From contig NIVC01002216.1 in NCBI GenBank assembly GCA_002269645.1, positions 124,001 to 188,000 of the forward strand: 64,000 nt of DNA, written 5' to 3'. The notes under the pieces are model-generated. The model did no database searches. It was not told the origin of the DNA and saw only the letters and a program-made list of their open reading frames with translations. Positions 35,834 through 48,258 of the stretch are shown here, piece by piece. Source of the DNA: Macrostomum lignano. Its lineage: Eukaryota. Position 1 is the first letter of the stretch; every line of letters starts with the position of its first letter. Both the position numbers and the translations under genes were made by a program.

Positions 35834-37750
35834 CTAGACGCTGGACACCATTCCAAGCTGCACCGAGTTCGAGGTGTCTCCCGAACGGCTTCGCCCAACC
35901 AGAGGGCTTTCGCTCAACTCTGGATAATCGACTGCCACCACTGATGTTGCAGTCCACTTGTTTTCTTCGGCTGCGGTCGTCAACGCCTGTCCGTTTTGCC
36001 GCCTCTGGCATTTTTTTCTGATTGTCTTCAAGCCGAGAAAGTCGAGCAATAAGTCGCAAAACTCGAACACAGTAATGAGAGAGGCGCCGACCCAGAGACC
36101 GACACAGCCGCCAACATCGGTGAGAAATCGACTCAGGGGGTATTCCTCGTCTTCAAGCATCTCGTCAGCGAACAGCGATGACGGCACGATTCGAAGGTAC
36201 ATGAAGTTTCTCTCTATAAAATCGATGTTGAGCAGCTCTACAAGGCGCCTACTATAGGCACTGCTAATGTTAATGTTTTTCGTAGTTTCGTTTAGTTTAA
36301 GCGCTTTGAACGCCAGATCTGTACTGTTGTACTTTTTTAATTCAGTTTCCTCCATTCTGGCCAGGAGTTTCAGCCAGCCAAAGTGGGTTTTACGTTCGAC
36401 AACGGCGGGAAAGTTAGCTTGGCTGATGACTGTTGAGTACACTGTGTGCTCGCACATATCTTTGTAGCAGGTGCGCAGCGGGTCGGCACGGAGAACTTCC
36501 TCGTCTTTTTTCGCTGGACAGTGTCTTTCAGTAAAGTTTTTGTAAAACCATTCAAAGTCGGAGCAGAAAGGGTAGTTGACATCGTCGTTCTTTAGAGGAT
36601 ACTCATGATTGATGCAATTGCAGTGCCGCTTGAAGGCATTTTGGGTAATATTTTCCACGCAATCCGTCCGAGTTTCTTTGTAGTACCGGCGTTCGAGTGT
36701 CTCAATGTCAACATAGTCATAGAGATCGCGTTGCGACTCACAGAGCTGCAGCTTCCTCAGGTGCTGCTTCCTGGTCATGTGCAAATCGACCTGAGCGTAC
36801 TTGTCCAGCAGGAAGCTTTCACTAATCTGAGGATAGGTTCCCTGCTCATGCAACATAAGCAGCACACCGGAAGGCATCTTGATGGTGCCGTGGGTGTCCA
36901 AGTGCTGGAACTCACTGGGATAGTCGACACTCTTATAGAGCAGTAGAAAGAGGTCCGGTCTAAAGCCGCTAGTGAAAGCCTTCACATTCGACCTGCTGAT
37001 AGCGTCGCGCCCAAGTTGGGTGATATTTAGCTGGTAGCAGGCTCCGTACGGCCAACGCCTGTGCGTGATCCAAGCCGATGAGCATGCATTTTTGTCCATG
37101 CCCATGTAGCGGCAGTCTTGCACAAAGATCTCATGCGGAATGCTATACAGGCTGATGTCTCTGCGCATGTACAAAAAATCTGATACAAAGACGTTCCTCG
37201 AAAAGCCTTTGAAAAGATGTTTCTTCCAGTTAGTGATATTTTCAAATATCCTTCTGTATTTTGCATGAGTGGCGTGAAACTCGTGAATAGCATTCACGAG
37301 ATTTTCAAACTGTCGAGTTTCTCTTGGAGGAAAGTGAATTGGATTGATGTTACACACCGTAATATCTGGAAACTTGAATGATAAGTGATCGTGCTTTACA
37401 TTCGTGAGTACCGGAGTCTGCAGGTACTTGATCGCAATTTGGTAGAGGTTGGTAAGAAATCCACAACTTGCCGCGCCCAGAATAAGGATCCAGAACACGC
37501 GACGTCGAGTGCTGCGAGCCTGGGCAATGTGGTTCAGACCGTGGATTGTTGATTTCTTAGAAAAGGATAGCACCACCGAGACTATCTGGCCGCCAGGACG
37601 CATCTGCGGAGGCCGATCTTCTGTTGACGAGGACACGTTGGGGTCCTGTCGATAGGGGCGCCTATGATCTCCTGATGAGGCGATGTCCTCGCGTCCTCTT
37701 CGACCGCGGCCATCGCCGCTATTGCTAACGTGGCAGCGACGGCTGTGCAT
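35834..37750 (-). CDS. DEG/ENaC (ASIC/ENaC superfamily) sodium channel subunit, intronless, up to 638 aa
   Basis: STIHG pre-TM1 motif, TM1 (VFWILILG), FPDITVCNINP, Cys-rich thumb, and TM2 FLTDVGGCVGLWVGASLITVFEF with the GAS filter. The true start may be a downstream Met. Confidence 0.95.
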   Translation of the reverse strand: MHSRRCHVSNSGDGRGRRGREDIASSGDHRRPYRQDPNVSSSTEDRPPQMRPGGQIVSVVLSFSKKSTIHGLNHIAQARSTRRRVFWILILGAASCGFLTNLYQIAIKYLQTPVLTNVKHDHLSFKFPDITVCNINPIHFPPRETRQFENLVNAIHEFHATHAKYRRIFENITNWKKHLFKGFSRNVFVSDFLYMRRDISLYSIPHEIFVQDCRYMGMDKNACSSAWITHRRWPYGACYQLNITQLGRDAISRSNVKAFTSGFRPDLFLLLYKSVDYPSEFQHLDTHGTIKMPSGVLLMLHEQGTYPQISESFLLDKYAQVDLHMTRKQHLRKLQLCESQRDLYDYVDIETLERRYYKETRTDCVENITQNAFKRHCNCINHEYPLKNDDVNYPFCSDFEWFYKNFTERHCPAKKDEEVLRADPLRTCYKDMCEHTVYSTVISQANFPAVVERKTHFGWLKLLARMEETELKKYNSTDLAFKALKLNETTKNINISSAYSRRLVELLNIDFIERNFMYLRIVPSSLFADEMLEDEEYPLSRFLTDVGGCVGLWVGASLITVFEFCDLLLDFLGLKTIRKKCQRRQNGQALTTAAEENKWTATSVVAVDYPELSESPLVGRSRSGDTSNSVQLGMVSSV

Positions 37751-39824
37751 GCCACCTGAGTAGGAGCTGCTGCTTGCCTCTCGAATTCAACACGCAGTAT
37801 TGAGGAAAGTGGCGTTGAGACCTTAAAGCAGAAAAACAATATCGTCTTTAGAAGAGTTCGTGAAATTTAAAAATTTTCGAAACCTCGAATGCTAATATCA
37901 GTCGAGATGTGCTGTCTTCAAGTAAAAGCTTCCTGGTACATTTCACATCTACACTCCTCCCAGCTATACTGCCTTTCTCTGCTCATTGTCATTTGGGCAG
38001 CTATTGGCCACTCAGTAGGGCAGCCAATACGGCCCCTCGGGGCGAACCGCCCTGGAAGGAAGTGAAAAGAGAAGCAGAAAAAAGAAATGGAAAAATAAGA
38101 AAGGAAATGCAAGATAGGAACATCTGCTACAGTTCAGTTAGTCAAGCTGATCGAATGCAGAAGAGAGCGGGATGGTGCGGGACGCCGGCCTACTTGTCTT
38201 CGGAGGAGGCACTTGGAAGATTTCCCCTTCTCGATGGCCTGAGGGGTTGCGAAGAGCTTGGCTTGCAGGAGTGGACATCCGAAATTCTACTCTTTTCGTT
38301 CAATATTTCTTCCTTTATTCTAGAGCATCCTGTCTTCAAATGAATTTTGATGCCCGAAATGAATGCTGTCAAAAATAAGGAATCACCAAAGCAATATTTA
38401 ATGCTCATTGATTCGAACATAAAAATCTTAAGACGAATAGTGCCGAGTCGGAAATTCTTTATGCCCGATTAGCTGTTTCAAATTTATAATTTTACTAGCT
38501 GGTATTCACCAGATATGGGCAGCTCAAAGGTCTACGCAGCATTCAGCAAGTTGACTGCTCCTAATAATGTCCCGCGCTTCCAGCTAACGATTATAGACTC
38601 GCTTGCCGCCCATTTCGCGTAGATCGCGACTGGAATTAGTCACATTTCTCGTTTCTATCCCTGACCGTCATGTCAGCTCACAATAAGAGACTCAGTGCAT
38701 TTGAAGAGATGCTCAGATTTCTTTTTCTCCCATCCCTTCCCCTCTCGCGTCTCTGGCCGCGGTCCTCACGACTGAAGTCCCGAACCGAGGCCCTCCCGCG
38801 TGATTAATGGAGGTCCTTGGCCCTCGGGTATCGACGGTTTCGCGAACTAGAAGGCGGGGGACCTCTTCGACTTCCTCTCTTCCTCCTGCCCCGAGGTAAA
38901 AAATCGTTTTTTTCTTCGTTTTGAATGGAAGACGAGAAGGGCGCGGGGAGACGCTGGTTTTGAATAGTTCTCTCCGATGTAGAAGGCGGACGGCTGGTTG
39001 GCAACTCACAGCCGCTTGCCCGTTGTTTGAACTGGAATGAAGAGAAAAATGTCGCTTCGAGGCGTTGAGAACGGCTGGCCCTTAAAGCAACGATGACCGT
39101 AAGGATGCAAGATGAGACACTGCCAACTAAAAATAACTTAATCGGTTTTCTGTAAATTTCATTTCCGATTTTCGTTTCCTACGGCTTAATTCGGGCGGAA
39201 TTTTCGTGCCGCTCTTAAAATTCTCTATTATTATTTTAAAAGCCTGTCAGCTGCAGGACTGCTCAGGGCATCTGAAGAGCGGCTGCTTGCTGCAGTTTAA
39301 GAGAGAAAAAATACGATGCAATGCAAAGAAGAATACAGTTCTGGGCGCAGCATCCTCTGAACTGCATCTCTGCTCTACTCCTCTTATGACTCGGAGTCAG
39401 ACTTCCATAAGGCTCCAGCTTGCTTGACGATTACAATCTGCCGCCGCAGCACCCCAAATGCTGCGTCTGTTGCTTGCAGAGTTGAAAGCGGCCTTCCTCG
39501 GCATTAATGAGGGGATTTTAGCCGGGCGACAGGGCTGGGGAGCCACACTCCCCAGCTAATAGCTAATAGCTGAGCCCTGAGGCCTTCCCATCGGCTTGTC
39601 GTTGTTCCTCAAACTTGGGCTGCTCTTTTTTGCTATTTGCAACACTGCCGCCAAATGCTTGCACACGTAGAAGAGCATAACAGGAAACGACACTACACCG
39701 CTGGAATATCTTTCGCTACTGTGTTGTTTCTGGCGGATCCAGGGGAAAAATCCTGGATTCGCCAATAGTCAGCAACCGATGCTAACTACTGAATCTTGCA
39801 TACTGCTGTCACTAATTGCACCTC

Positions 39825-40184
39825 TTTTTTTATTAGAGGCAGGGGGTTGTGTGCACCCTGGCGCACTTTAAGCGACATGGCACACAACCGGCGAGAGGCA
39901 TTACTGCCCATTCCGCCGACTCCCCTGAGCAGGCACACAAGCGCGCGGATACGTACGCAGGCACACACTCACACAGGAGTGTACAGCGGCCCTAACTTTA
40001 TTTTATCGTTAGGCATGTACACTTCACTGCGTCTTGGGGGGTTGGCTCTCAAGGCCGTTAATTGCACGAGCAGAGCCAAGCCGAGATTCCAATTCAGCCC
40101 CAAATTAATGTGACTGCACTTGGAATCGAGCCTGGGTCGCTGGCACACCAGAGCCTGCGCTAGACCGCTGGGCTACGGCCCCCC
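39825..40184 (-). mobile_element. tRNA-derived SINE, about 360 bp
   Basis: Minus strand starts GGGGCCGTAGCCCAGCGGT (A box) and GGCTCGATTCC (B box), then a non-tRNA body and an AATAAAAAAA tail. 13-bp TSD with one mismatch, CTA(A/C)TTGCACCTC, at 39812-39824 and 40185-40197. Confidence 0.85.
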
Positions 40185-40776
40185 TCTACTTGCACCTCAG
40201 CTAAATTGTGTGACCTGCCATTTAGAGACAGTGAGCTAGGGATGGCAGGGATGGCAGTGATGCGGAATGAAAATTGCAGATTTTAATTAGTTACTGATGG
40301 TTAAATAATTTCAGTATACGTAATTTTTTAGAAGTACAGGCTGACTATGCGCAATATTCTATCGGATCCGTCTTTCCAATGGTAATAAGGGTCAAACCAC
40401 CGATATGCTCAATGCCTAGGCAACATACTGCCACAGAGATTTCCCATTGCGGTTTTGTTTGCGCTGCCTCACTTGGACTAAAATGTATTGGTAGAGAAAT
40501 CGCCTGTCCAAGCTCTGGCACTTATCGATTGGGGGCATCGATTTATTGTAATCGGAGAGATTTTCTCATTATACCCGCTGATTGCGGCTCGACTTCTTCG
40601 ATGGCTAAGCTATCCGGTGAGTTTAGTCTGGTCGAACTGCCTGACAGAAGTCTGACTTCGCGAGGTCAAGTTTGCCACAGACTGGGAGTAATTTTTTCTA
40701 TTTAAATTAGCCAAACATTCTCTACTCGCGAAGTGGGCGCCAACCGTCTTGTACTCCAAGAAACTATATGAAGCTC

Positions 40777-41893
40777 TGTAGCAGTTATTATATTCGCTTT
40801 CGTTGTACTTTTTCCCTTTGCTGCCTTGCCTACAAACTACAGACAACACTGTACACTGCGTAGGAAGCCCTGAGCATAAGACAAGAAATATACTCACCCT
40901 AGAGCACTATAACCAAAAGCTCCAAATTTGTAGCAACCAGCTGCAAAGTGGTAGCAGACCGTGTTTCGAAGCCCCGTGCTCTGGTTTGGGTGGCAGCATG
41001 CGCAATCAGCACAACACGGCTTTGCACAACAGTCTAACAACAGGCGACATCGCGATCGCAGGCTTAATCAACAGCCGGTTCAACTAGCCAGTCAAATTCA
41101 ACTCGGACTAGCCAAAACTGCTACCCTATGCTCCAGCGACTATGCGTCAGCTCAAAGTTGACAGCTGACTCCTCTGCCATGTCTCGGCGACGCTGGTACG
41201 AGCGGTCCAACGACTTGACAAGGGCTCGTCCCGGATGGATTGGCTTTCGGACAGCACCTCCTTGCACAGCTGCATCCTTCCAGCTGAGCACTCATCGTTG
41301 ACGATTGCGCCACGCGACCTTTCAGTTCATTTTCCGACTTCGTCCCACCAGATGCACGTTCTTCACAATTTTCCTTTGCGGTTTCGACCCAGCAGAACTG
41401 GTTGCCACCCCGCCAACCGATCCCGGACTCGTGATTAACCCGCTCACCGCTGCCGCACGCCCAACGCCACCACCGCTGGAGCCGACTTCCTATAAGTACG
41501 CTGTCTCCTGACCTGGCTGGCACCCGGCTCTGGCACCCACTTGTCACACCACTCTCTGCACATCATCTGGCAGGCGGCCCAGCTTTGTGCAGCGTACACC
41601 GCCCTATCGAAGCCATTATGCATCACGACACGCAATTCACCTGGTGAAGAAGCGTGAAATGATGCGAGCTCACAATATTTAGCACTTTTTAATTTGCAAA
41701 ATTTAGACCGACTGTTTGAACCTTTATTGTTTTTTCGACATTTTAGAAGCTTAAAGGGCAAACCACACTTGTCACTCCGTTTCTGGAGGGGGAGTATCTT
41801 GTAGCAGTTATGATATTCGTTGTCGTTGTACTTTTCCCTTTGTTGCCTTTCCTAGAAACCAGAGACAACACTGTACACTGCGTAGGAAGCCCT
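40777..41893. repeat. Pair of about 95-bp diverged direct repeats (40777-40871, 41800-41893) enclosing about 0.93 kb
   Basis: TGTAGCAGTTA...GACAACACTGTACACTGCGTAGGAAGCCCT present twice. Confidence 0.8.
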
Positions 41894-42544
41894 CATTGTA
41901 TGTCAAACTCGTCATTGTATGTGCAACCGCTCATTGTACACCAGCAGCTCTTATCTAACCAATGAGGTCGCTGAAGCCCCTGAATGTTACTTTTTTCAAC
42001 CTGGAGTGGTGGATTTCGAGTCTCTGTATAATAATAATGCATATCTGAGCTGAAAACGTCAGTAAGTCGTCAATCGACTTGTACGCAGTGGCACGCCTGT
42101 TTGTCTCTTGCTGCTGGTCCGTCTCTAACAACTATTGCAATGGAAAAACTATCTAGCTTCTTACTAAAATTACTCGCTTCATGTACGCGCGTTCAGCACT
42201 GCACCGTTTGAATTTAGTTGCTGGGGCTGTAAAATTTTTTAGTCTAAAACTTTTAGTACCTCAAGAGAAAAATGAGAGAGAAGGGACATGGCTAGCCAAC
42301 TGTAGATATGAAGTGATAGGGCAACATTTTGGCAATCGCCTTGTTACTATGGGGACAATCTTCCAGCGCCATTGTGTCGCATTATCACTGTAGATTGCTG
42401 CATTTGTGAACAGGTAACAGAATTTTAGTCAGGCCTCAGGTCAGCTCAGATTGAACTATGGATTCGCCCGCCTATAAGTAGTAAAGCCAAACAAAATGGC
42501 TATTCGGGAGCTTTTGAGCTGGCTAGATTTGACCTTCGTGAGAA

Positions 42545-45500
42545 ATGGAACTGCTTCAAAGTCTCTGGCGATGGCGCCGTCTGCTGATTTTCGTGCTCAC
42601 GCCGTTAGTTCTGTTGCCGCTGCCTTTGGTTCTGCAAAGTCCGGTGAGTTTACCTGCGTGTGTTAGACTGGCAGAATGAATCAGTAGGAACAAAACGAAA
42701 ACAGATAAGCTCAATTCCTTTACCTGCAGGAGGCATACGTCGCCTACATGATTCTCCTGATGGCGGTGTACTGGGTAACGGAGGCTCTACCGATCGGAGT
42801 CACGGCCCTGATTCCTGTAGTGCTCGTTCCCGCCTTCAAAATCCTCCCATCGAAGGATCTGTGCCCAGCGTACTTTGAGGTGAGCGCCTCTGAACTTTCT
42901 CTCCTAGCAGCCTTTATTAGAACTCACCAATCCATAGCTAAATGTACTTCTAAAAGTGCCGTCGGCACTCCAATCGGTCTCCTGAAAGCAAGTAAGTAGC
43001 AAGCGGTCCATCGAAAGTTATCATCTTCAGTTTTAGCTCATATTCTTATTTTTCGCCCAGGACTCGAACATGCTGTTCATCGGTGGCCTGATGCTCGCTA
43101 TCAGCGTTGAGTTCTGGGACTTGCACAAGCGCATCGCGCTGCTCGTCCTGCAGCTGGTGGGCGTGCAGCCCCGATGGCTATTGTTGGGCTTTCTCATGCC
43201 CACCTGGTTCATGTCGATGTGGATCTCCAACACGGCAACCTCGGCCATGATGCTGCCGATTGTGGACGCCGTTCTGCACGAACTGATGCGACATGACCAG
43301 ATGCGCAAGCGGGTGGACCGACAGCGCCTGGAGCAGGCTCAGCAAGAGCAGCCAGTAGAACAGGAACCGGAGCAGGGAGAATCAGGACAAAAAGATCAGC
43401 ATGAGATGATCGAGATGGCTGAGAACTCCGAGACAACTGAGGACAAAGTTGAAGGCAGCATGCCAGAGTCAGTGGGTGAGGTCGAAGCACCAGAGGCGTC
43501 AGCGGCAACTTCAGCAGCTGCCGAAACTAATTCTGCTGCAGCGACCTCAGAGGATGCTGAGGAAACTGTCTTGTCCTACATCCAGAATCCTGAGAACCGA
43601 GCCTTCGCCAACATCTGCAAAATGCTCACCATCTCAGTTGCCTACGGCGCAAACTTCGGCGGCACGGCCACGCTGACTGGCACCGCGCCGAATCTTGTAC
43701 TTAACAACAACATAATCAGCAACTTTGGCAACCAGTCTCCGTTCAATTTTGGCACGTGGTTCGCCTACGCTTTCCCTATATCGCTGGTTGGCGTTCTGAT
43801 TGCCTGGATTTGGCTGCAGATACTCTATATTGGACCAAGGTATATTGGACCCCGAAGCTCTCCTTATTCCGCTCTCCTTATTATACAGTAGGGAATATCT
43901 GGTTCAGTTTCTTGCTACCCACCGAAAACCCGCAGGAATTCGTGTAAGTGTGGAGTCAAGGACAGCGAGGAAGTTGAAGCCGTGCAGCAGGCACTCAAAC
44001 GGGAATATGAAAAGCTCGGTCCCATCACGTAAGTGTATGGCACCACTCAACGGAGTACTTATTAGTCGCATAGTTAACTTTATTTCCCACTCGCAAATTC
44101 CAACCACACCTTAATCACTTGTGCAGCTTCCCTGAGGTATCTTGCATTATTCTGTTCATCATCACGATCATACTGTGGATCACCCGTGAGCCTGGCGGCG
44201 TTGGCTGGGGCTACCTGTTCCAGGAGACACCCGTCACTTACGTTAACAGCAGCAACGGCAATTTGACTTGGATTGAAGGTTCAACGAAATTCTTCATGGC
44301 TGACGCGCAACCAGCCATCCTTATGTCCATCCTGCTGTTTGTATTTCCTTCTAGTAATCCCTTCAAGCGGCGGCGGGCCACTGTTGATGTTGTAATCGAG
44401 GAGACAGTGACCGTGAATGATGACGGCACAGAGGAGGTGAAACGGGAGGTGCGAAACAACCTCGACAAAGAGAGGCCATCGACTTTGTTAACCTGGCGCG
44501 TTGTTCACGAGCGCCTGCCCTGGGGAATCGTGCTGCTTCTCGGCGGAGGCTTTGCACTCGCCAAAGCCACTCGGGTAGGTTCGCTTTGTCTGACCTCTCA
44601 AGACGTTCTTGTATACGTCCCAATGTACCCCCTGCCACATGTTTTACCCGGGAAAGCACACACATACAGACCATTTTTAGTATAGGGATTCACTGATGTC
44701 TCTCTGACAAGCAATACTTTTACACAGTTTGGAGAATATGCTCATAATGATGCAATAATTTTGGACTGTCTAGTAGGCCCATCAATCGCCCATTCTCCGG
44801 AGAGGGCCTGTTGTATGCCCGAATCGACCACCACTTGATTGCGGCTCAGTAGCTAATCTGGCTGCTCTGCTAAAAAATCCAGTCCCTCCTTTGGGAATTG
44901 GCCTGAGGACTGAGAAAAAATCGAGATAAAAATTCATAACTTTGAATTCCAGGAGTCCGGGCTTTCTGCCCTGATTGGTCAGCAGCTGAAGCCGTTGGGG
45001 TCTTTGCCACTACCGCTGCTCATTGTGATTGTCGTGTACTGCACCACCTTTATCACGGAGATCACGTCTAACACTGCCACCGCTTCAATTCTGCTGCCTA
45101 TACTTGTAGACCTGGTTAGTTTAGACTACTCTTGTTTGTAATTACTACTTCCTGCAGTCTGTATTTATTATCATTTACTAAATCAGAGCCTAGGATTTCG
45201 GTTAGGTTCTCAGTAGCATCTAGAATTGAATGTGCTACATTTTGTAAGGAAGAAATATTTTACCTCAGCCTGACACTTGATTGAATGCGTGCTTGCATGC
45301 CTGAGTGATTGAACGCAGTGAAACAGGCATAGTGGAGCAGAAGGCCCACAGTTTGGCAGCATAAATCACACAGTGGGGTTAGCGGTTTGTTAAGTACAGT
45401 CGAGCTAAGACTAACAATCTTACACGGCACCCTGCATGGTCAGAGCCGAACGATCGGAATCAATCCTTTGAGCCTCATGCTGCCCTGCACTTTGGCCGCC

Positions 45501-45868
45501 TCGTTCGCCTTCAATCTACCTGTCGCAACGCCGCCCAATTCCATCGTCTTCTCCAAGGGCTACCTCAGTGTTACGGACATGGTGAGAATCCCATTCAGCT
45601 CTGTTGCAGATTTTCAATCGAAAGTTTTGTCAAAACTAAAAACTTCCACACACAGCTTAAGAGCGGCTTTATGCTGACAATCACCTCGGGCCTTGTACTG
45701 GTTGCCGGCACTCTGAGCTACGGGGCCGTCATATTCGACTTTTACAACTTTCCCTCCTGGGCCAACGCCTCGTCGAATGCCGCGGCCGCGACCTCAGCCG
45801 GGTTTTCAGCTGGCGGCGCCATTCGGCCCGCCTCGGTGCCGCGACTAATGTACGTCGGGAACGAGTAA
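42545..45868 (+). CDS. SLC13A: SLC13 Na+/dicarboxylate (citrate or sulfate) cotransporter, Indy-like; 8 exons (42545-42643, 42730-42879, 43061-43839, 43936-44028, 44127-44574, 44953-45114, 45444-45581, 45656-45868)
   Basis: SNT motifs (SMWISNTATSAMM, TEITSNTATA), GGTATLTGTAPN, LPWGIVLLLGGGFALA, LPVATPPN; phase-consistent GT-AG junctions. Confidence 0.95.
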
Positions 45869-48258
45869 ACGTCGGCAGAGACAGTAGAAAGCACTGACGC
45901 GCATTGGGCGCCAATGTGATTACTTTTGATCGTTTTACAACCAATAGATATAGCTAACGTACAGTTGGCCTCAAAGTGAATAAAAATGTGTAACTACTTA
46001 ATTGGACTCACAATCTGACCTACATTTGAGATACTTGTATACTTCCGATTCTTACATGCGCCAAATAGACTTCTTCGTTAATCTGCAGTTCATTTCTTTC
46101 TGCAGTCTGTCACCACAATGTCTGTTTAATGTCTTTTTTATTTACATTTCCTGTCTCTGAAGAGGTTTACGAAATGTCGCTTCATTGAGAGTAGCAATCG
46201 CTTGGGAGGAAGGCGTCAAAATTCAGGTATTTTATACTCTAAAGCCGACATTTCATGGAAATCTACAGCAGAAGAGTCTTTGAATCAGTCCTGTAGACCC
46301 GGGGTCGTTGGGTTCTCCAATGGTGATTGGTAAAGGACTGAGTGGATCAGGGGCCCTTCAACAAAGCACGATTTCCTTTTACACAAAGTTTTATGGCTTC
46401 TTCTAGGAGACTATTAATCTGTTTTTATAGACCTACCCTCAGTCAGAAATCATAGTACTTTACACTAATAGAAGAGTCTACGTAATTTTTGGATTTTGAT
46501 GAGCAATGGTGCGTTAAAAATTGAAAACAAGGTTAAGCATTAACAAAAAATTGAATGGTTTCGACACTTCCGCTTTAACCAACCACATTAAGTCTATATT
46601 ATTGGCAGACATGGCAAGAAAGTTTAGCATCTATAATCATCAATGTTTTAGATACATCATGGTGGTGTCGTCTCCCACCAATTAGCTGCTCTTCAATTGA
46701 TATGACCCTCTCAATTCTACTGTTCTAATTTACATGTACAGGTAGTTATTTACATTGAAAGAGTAGCACTCAGTTTATTGTAGCGGAATTCATTGTGTGC
46801 ACCAATGGTTACTTATATCAGTTTTTTATTTCAAGGATTTCCTGTTCATACTGTGTCAAGAGATTGCCTCTGATCCCTGTAGTCACTGAATTAAGCAGGC
46901 GGTGTCTACAGGCCTAAGAGCTGAAAAGATTCAGTGTCAGATTGAAATTCCCTGATTAAATAGCGGTCCAAAAGTCGGCAACCAAAAGAGGATCCCGGAT
47001 AAGGGGACAAATCTTGTTCACTGGAACTATATGTTTGCCTACCTGTCTATGCGACTGCGAACAACTGAGTGCGAGACGATTCGCCTCTTTCAAATTTGAA
47101 TGAGCGAGACGACCCGCGACATTGCGAGTTGTCCATACTCTACTACTTTTAAAAGTAGAAAGATGTGAACAATCTTAACAGAAGCAACACCAGATCGCAT
47201 TTCTCTGCTTTTTGTTTAGCTAAAATATTCTCAGACTCAATGCGTTTCGTGCCAGCCAACTCAAGTAAGGCTTGACCTTCGCCACCTTGTCCGGCAATGG
47301 GGTCAGAAATTCATTCGATTTTCTCCGTGTGCTTCGGAGGAAAACTTCGCACATTTGATTAAATTTCAGGAGAGCGAAGCAGTGAAGCGCCGGAGCAATA
47401 CTCTGCTGCCACATGGTACTATGCAGTTCGCCTGTCATTTTTCAGCTGATTACGATTAGCTATATAAAAGACCCACGGCAAGACGCAACAGGTTGCATGC
47501 AGCAAGAGAGGTCACATAAAAGGGCGCCCCAACTGACGACTTGTCAGTCAAAACTAGTTCGGGGGTATCGTGAGACGAGTTTGTCTGTTTGTTTTTGGTC
47601 ATGCTACAGAATATAATCAGACTTAAGGCATTCGTACTCACGCAGACTCAGAGCTCGATCTTTACTCCACTCTTACTGCCTTCTCGCTTATTCTCTGCTT
47701 TAACATTTCTTTCAGTTCAACCATCGACCCCTAAGGCCATTCTCTCACTCTGCCTGGGACTCCGTGCCCTCCCTCTGCTCTGAAAAGAGTCCCTCAGAGT
47801 GTGCAGCAGCCACAGCTGCTCAGCGCCTACGCACTTCCTTCTCCGCGCGTGCCCAGTGTTCTCGGCAAAAAAGATTAGAATTCTGCTACAACCCACAATC
47901 CGCCGAATTCACGTTGCCCTCCTAAATTTGCTTTTATTTTTATTTCTCATCTCACTTTCGCAAGGGTAGGTCGACTTCAGGTCTGTCTGCTTTTTAGGCC
48001 TCTCGCTCCGCTTATTATGCTTGATCCACTTCTCGATTACATTTCGCTTCTCTTAATTCTTCTCCATTAGAAGACGGCAGAGGTGTAACTTACGGTCTGC
48101 ATTTTCGGAACAGTCAAAATCGTTGGTTCAGTCAGGTAAAATTTTATCATATCAGAGAGCTTTTTCATCAGAGAACTAAAATGTCCGGACGGAACGGAAG
48201 CCACTGCCACCATGAGCTTATTCTAGAATAAGCCAGCCGACTGCAGCGAACGGAAGCC

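Noticed and set aside
40113-40184. Possible tRNA gene
   Set aside because: It has A and B boxes but no convincing full cloverleaf, and it continues into a body with an A-tail and TSD, so it is a SINE head.
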